Source: Pecten maximus
Lineage: Eukaryota
Assembly: GCF_902652985.1 (NCBI RefSeq)
Contig: NC_047020.1
Location: forward strand, 28,954,001-29,018,000
Reading direction: 5' to 3'
Length of the DNA: 64,000 nucleotides
Of the stretch, positions 61,421 to 64,000 are shown one piece after another (the first letter of the stretch is position 1; each line of letters starts with the position of its first letter). A program made the translations under genes and the position numbers. Below the pieces are notes generated by a model. It did not search any database and was not told the origin of the DNA. It was given only the letters and a program-made list of their open reading frames with translations.

Positions 61421-63744
61421 GTAAGTTTCTGGATGCATCATCTATAAATACAATATTTATTTTTTTATTAATCCATTTCTTTGATTTTGCCTGCCAAAGT
61501 GAAGTTACTTCTATCTAATAGTACTTCCAGACCATTCACAGATACACAATATCATGGAGTGCCTCCAGCCCAATCACAAACACATGGTGGTTATGTAGCA
61601 ATAAGAACACTGATTTCTGTCCCAACTTCAGTTCTGTTAGTTACCCCTGTTTTCTAATTGCTGTGACCCCCTCCTTTCTCCCAATCAATGACTTTTTATT
61701 CATTGTTTCCTAAGAAGTTTAACCTAAACCATTTAAAGTTGAGGGGCATTGTGAGTGATTGAAGAATTTGCTTTTCTGTAAAATGTATTATATCAGACAA
61801 GTTGCTAGTATGGAGAGCTATCATGCTTGTTCAGATAAATTTGATTTAACTTAATTTATCACTTGATTACTTAAATTGATTACAAACAGATGTCAACACT
61901 ATTTGTCGAAGGTAAAGCAGGTGCTTTGTACCTTTTGTATCCATATTTCCAGGTTATTTCCATTTGAGAATAATTTTTTTTATCAGACATTAATTTCCTT
62001 TCTCCTGGTTTTCTCCCTTTGAATTGTTTGATTTTCGTCATATTCCTCAATCCCCACTTTGTGTTTTCCATGGATTTTTTTTCCTAGCAGCCTTAATTCT
62101 GAACTATTTCACATCATGGAGTGATGCTAGTTTTCCCTGGTGGTTACCTCCCTTTGATTAGTTTGTCGTGGTTATAGCTGATATTTTACATGCATTTTTG
62201 ATGGCATCTATGATGGAAGAGGTTTATCTCATAAAAGACTTTTCCTAACCTGACAGAGTTGTTCCCCATGATATGTAATTCCAAATACATGTGTAGGCTA
62301 CATCCAGACTTTGTATCAACATCAAGACCACATCAGAATCTGAAGTTTTTAACGTCAGGGTGCCTTTGGCACCTGCCGTTATAGGCGTGGTGGGAAAATG
62401 TTGTTACTGATAGATCTGTTCCGGCTAACTATTCCTCATTTCTGTCATACAAATGATATACATCCGCAGCCTAATATAGTTCCTATTTTGATAGCAATTA
62501 TTGACACAATTTAAGTGATGTAAACCGTGTTTACTGCAATTATTTAAAATGAAATGTTAATGTTTGGTGTTCTAGATTATTTTAGAGTATAATTATTAAC
62601 CTTTTCCTTCGTCAGTATATACAATTTTGTTGGCGTAGGATTACGTAGTTCCGTCTCGATACTGCCTTGAAAACGAAAGTAGAAAAATCAGTTTGATCAT
62701 CGTAGAAATTTACATGCATTCACAGAGAAACTATCCACATCTGTTCATCCTGAGTTAATATGCAGGAACATTTTATAGCTTAAAACCAATCCTATTTACG
62801 TAGTCAAATGCACCCGAGCATTCCACGAGATAACTTCAGCTGTCACGTGACTCTTCACGACACTAGTCAGCCAGACTGTAACTAAACCAACGACCGTTCG
62901 CAGTTTCAAATTCATTTGTAAGTCGCTAGAATAGAAAACTTCGGCTGTGTACATCTTGGATTTTATCTTTAGTTGTAGTTACTTGACAACATGTTCTGTT
63001 AATAGACCGATTTGTCACTCAGTTGATTCTTTTTTCAAAGTTTACAAGCAGCTTTACTGATTCAGGAGTATATCAATAATCTTCCACAAGCAATAAAGAA
63101 ATCAGGAAAGAACTATACTCAGCTTTTGTCAGCTGATATATATGTTATACATGTTTTCTTGAATATATATAGAATAGAAATACCAGGGCCAGATGAAGAC
63201 ATTTCATCTGATGCAAATGTAACTGTCTGACTATAAAATCCAATTTTAAATTTCTTATAATATGACCTCAGACCCTGACATTTCTCAGGGCCTTTGGCCC
63301 TTTGATTACCGAAGGTCAAGGTCACATCAGAATCTGGAGTTTTTACTAAAGTTCAAGGTTACATTAGAATCTGGAGTGAGCATGCATTAGTATATTGGCC
63401 ACTCTTGTGTTTTGTTATCAAACATTAACTATTGACTATAAAATGTATCACCGCATGAAGGATCTGTAAGGACAGTAGAGACAATAGTTACTTATAGGAG
63501 TAGGGCATGACCAGTATCAGCTTTACCTCAACAAAACTCAAAATATTGGGTATTCAGAAGCATTTCTATCATCATTTTCCATCAGCATACTGTGTGTTTA
63601 GGTTCTGTGGTAATCCTTCAAATCACATGATTTTTCTTATCGTGTAATATGAATTCAGTGGAAATAGTTACCATGAAACAGTATACATACAGTGCAGTAC
63701 AAATATATCATACAAATCTGGAGCATGTTTAAACTGAACACTCA

Positions 63745-64000
63745 GCACTGTCTCAGCTATTTATAACTACAATCTTTATGCTGACACGTCGAGCTATATG
63801 GACATGGTATGGCTGTACTCGGCACTGTCTCAGCTATTTATAACTACAATCTTTATACTGACACGTCGAGCTATATTGACATGGTATGGCTGTACTCGGC
63901 ACTGTCTCAGCTATTTATTACTACAATCTGAAAGCTGACACGACAAGCTATATTGACATGGTATGGCTGTACTCGACACGGTCTCAACTATTTATTACTA
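63745..64000. repeat. 77-bp tandem repeat, >3 copies, runs off the window
   Basis: gcactgtctcagctattta... starts at 63745, 63822, 63899. Confidence 0.9.

Noticed and set aside
61531-61598. Possible alternative terminal exon after cttccag
   Set aside because: Phase-compatible but no recognisable homology and it lacks the expected DLT continuation.

Overview
Eukaryotic animal genomic DNA; the repeat families suggest a bivalve mollusc (inference). Nearly the whole window is one large spliced + strand gene of the FRMPD4/Preso1 family (WW-PDZ-FERM scaffold). I traced 16 GT-AG coding exons from 15172 to 61151. All splice phases are compatible except for one apparent +1 A frameshift at 49286-49288. 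There is also a candidate first exon encoding an N-myristoylation motif (6605-6702) and a candidate 24-nt microexon (61397-61420); the gene appears to continue past the window. A complete, apparently young DIRS1-type tyrosine-recombinase retrotransposon (35756-42376) sits 31 bp after one donor site, in the same orientation as the host gene. It carries gag, RT-RNaseH-methyltransferase and YR ORFs, 139-bp ITRs with no visible mismatch, and an internal complementary region. The introns also hold Helentron-type non-autonomous elements (one with a ~12.5 x 155-bp array), a 2.7-kb TA-flanked non-autonomous DNA transposon, MITEs, a tRNA-derived SINE and many unrelated minisatellites, several starting just downstream of 5' splice sites. 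Most long ORFs outside the DIRS element are minisatellite artefacts.
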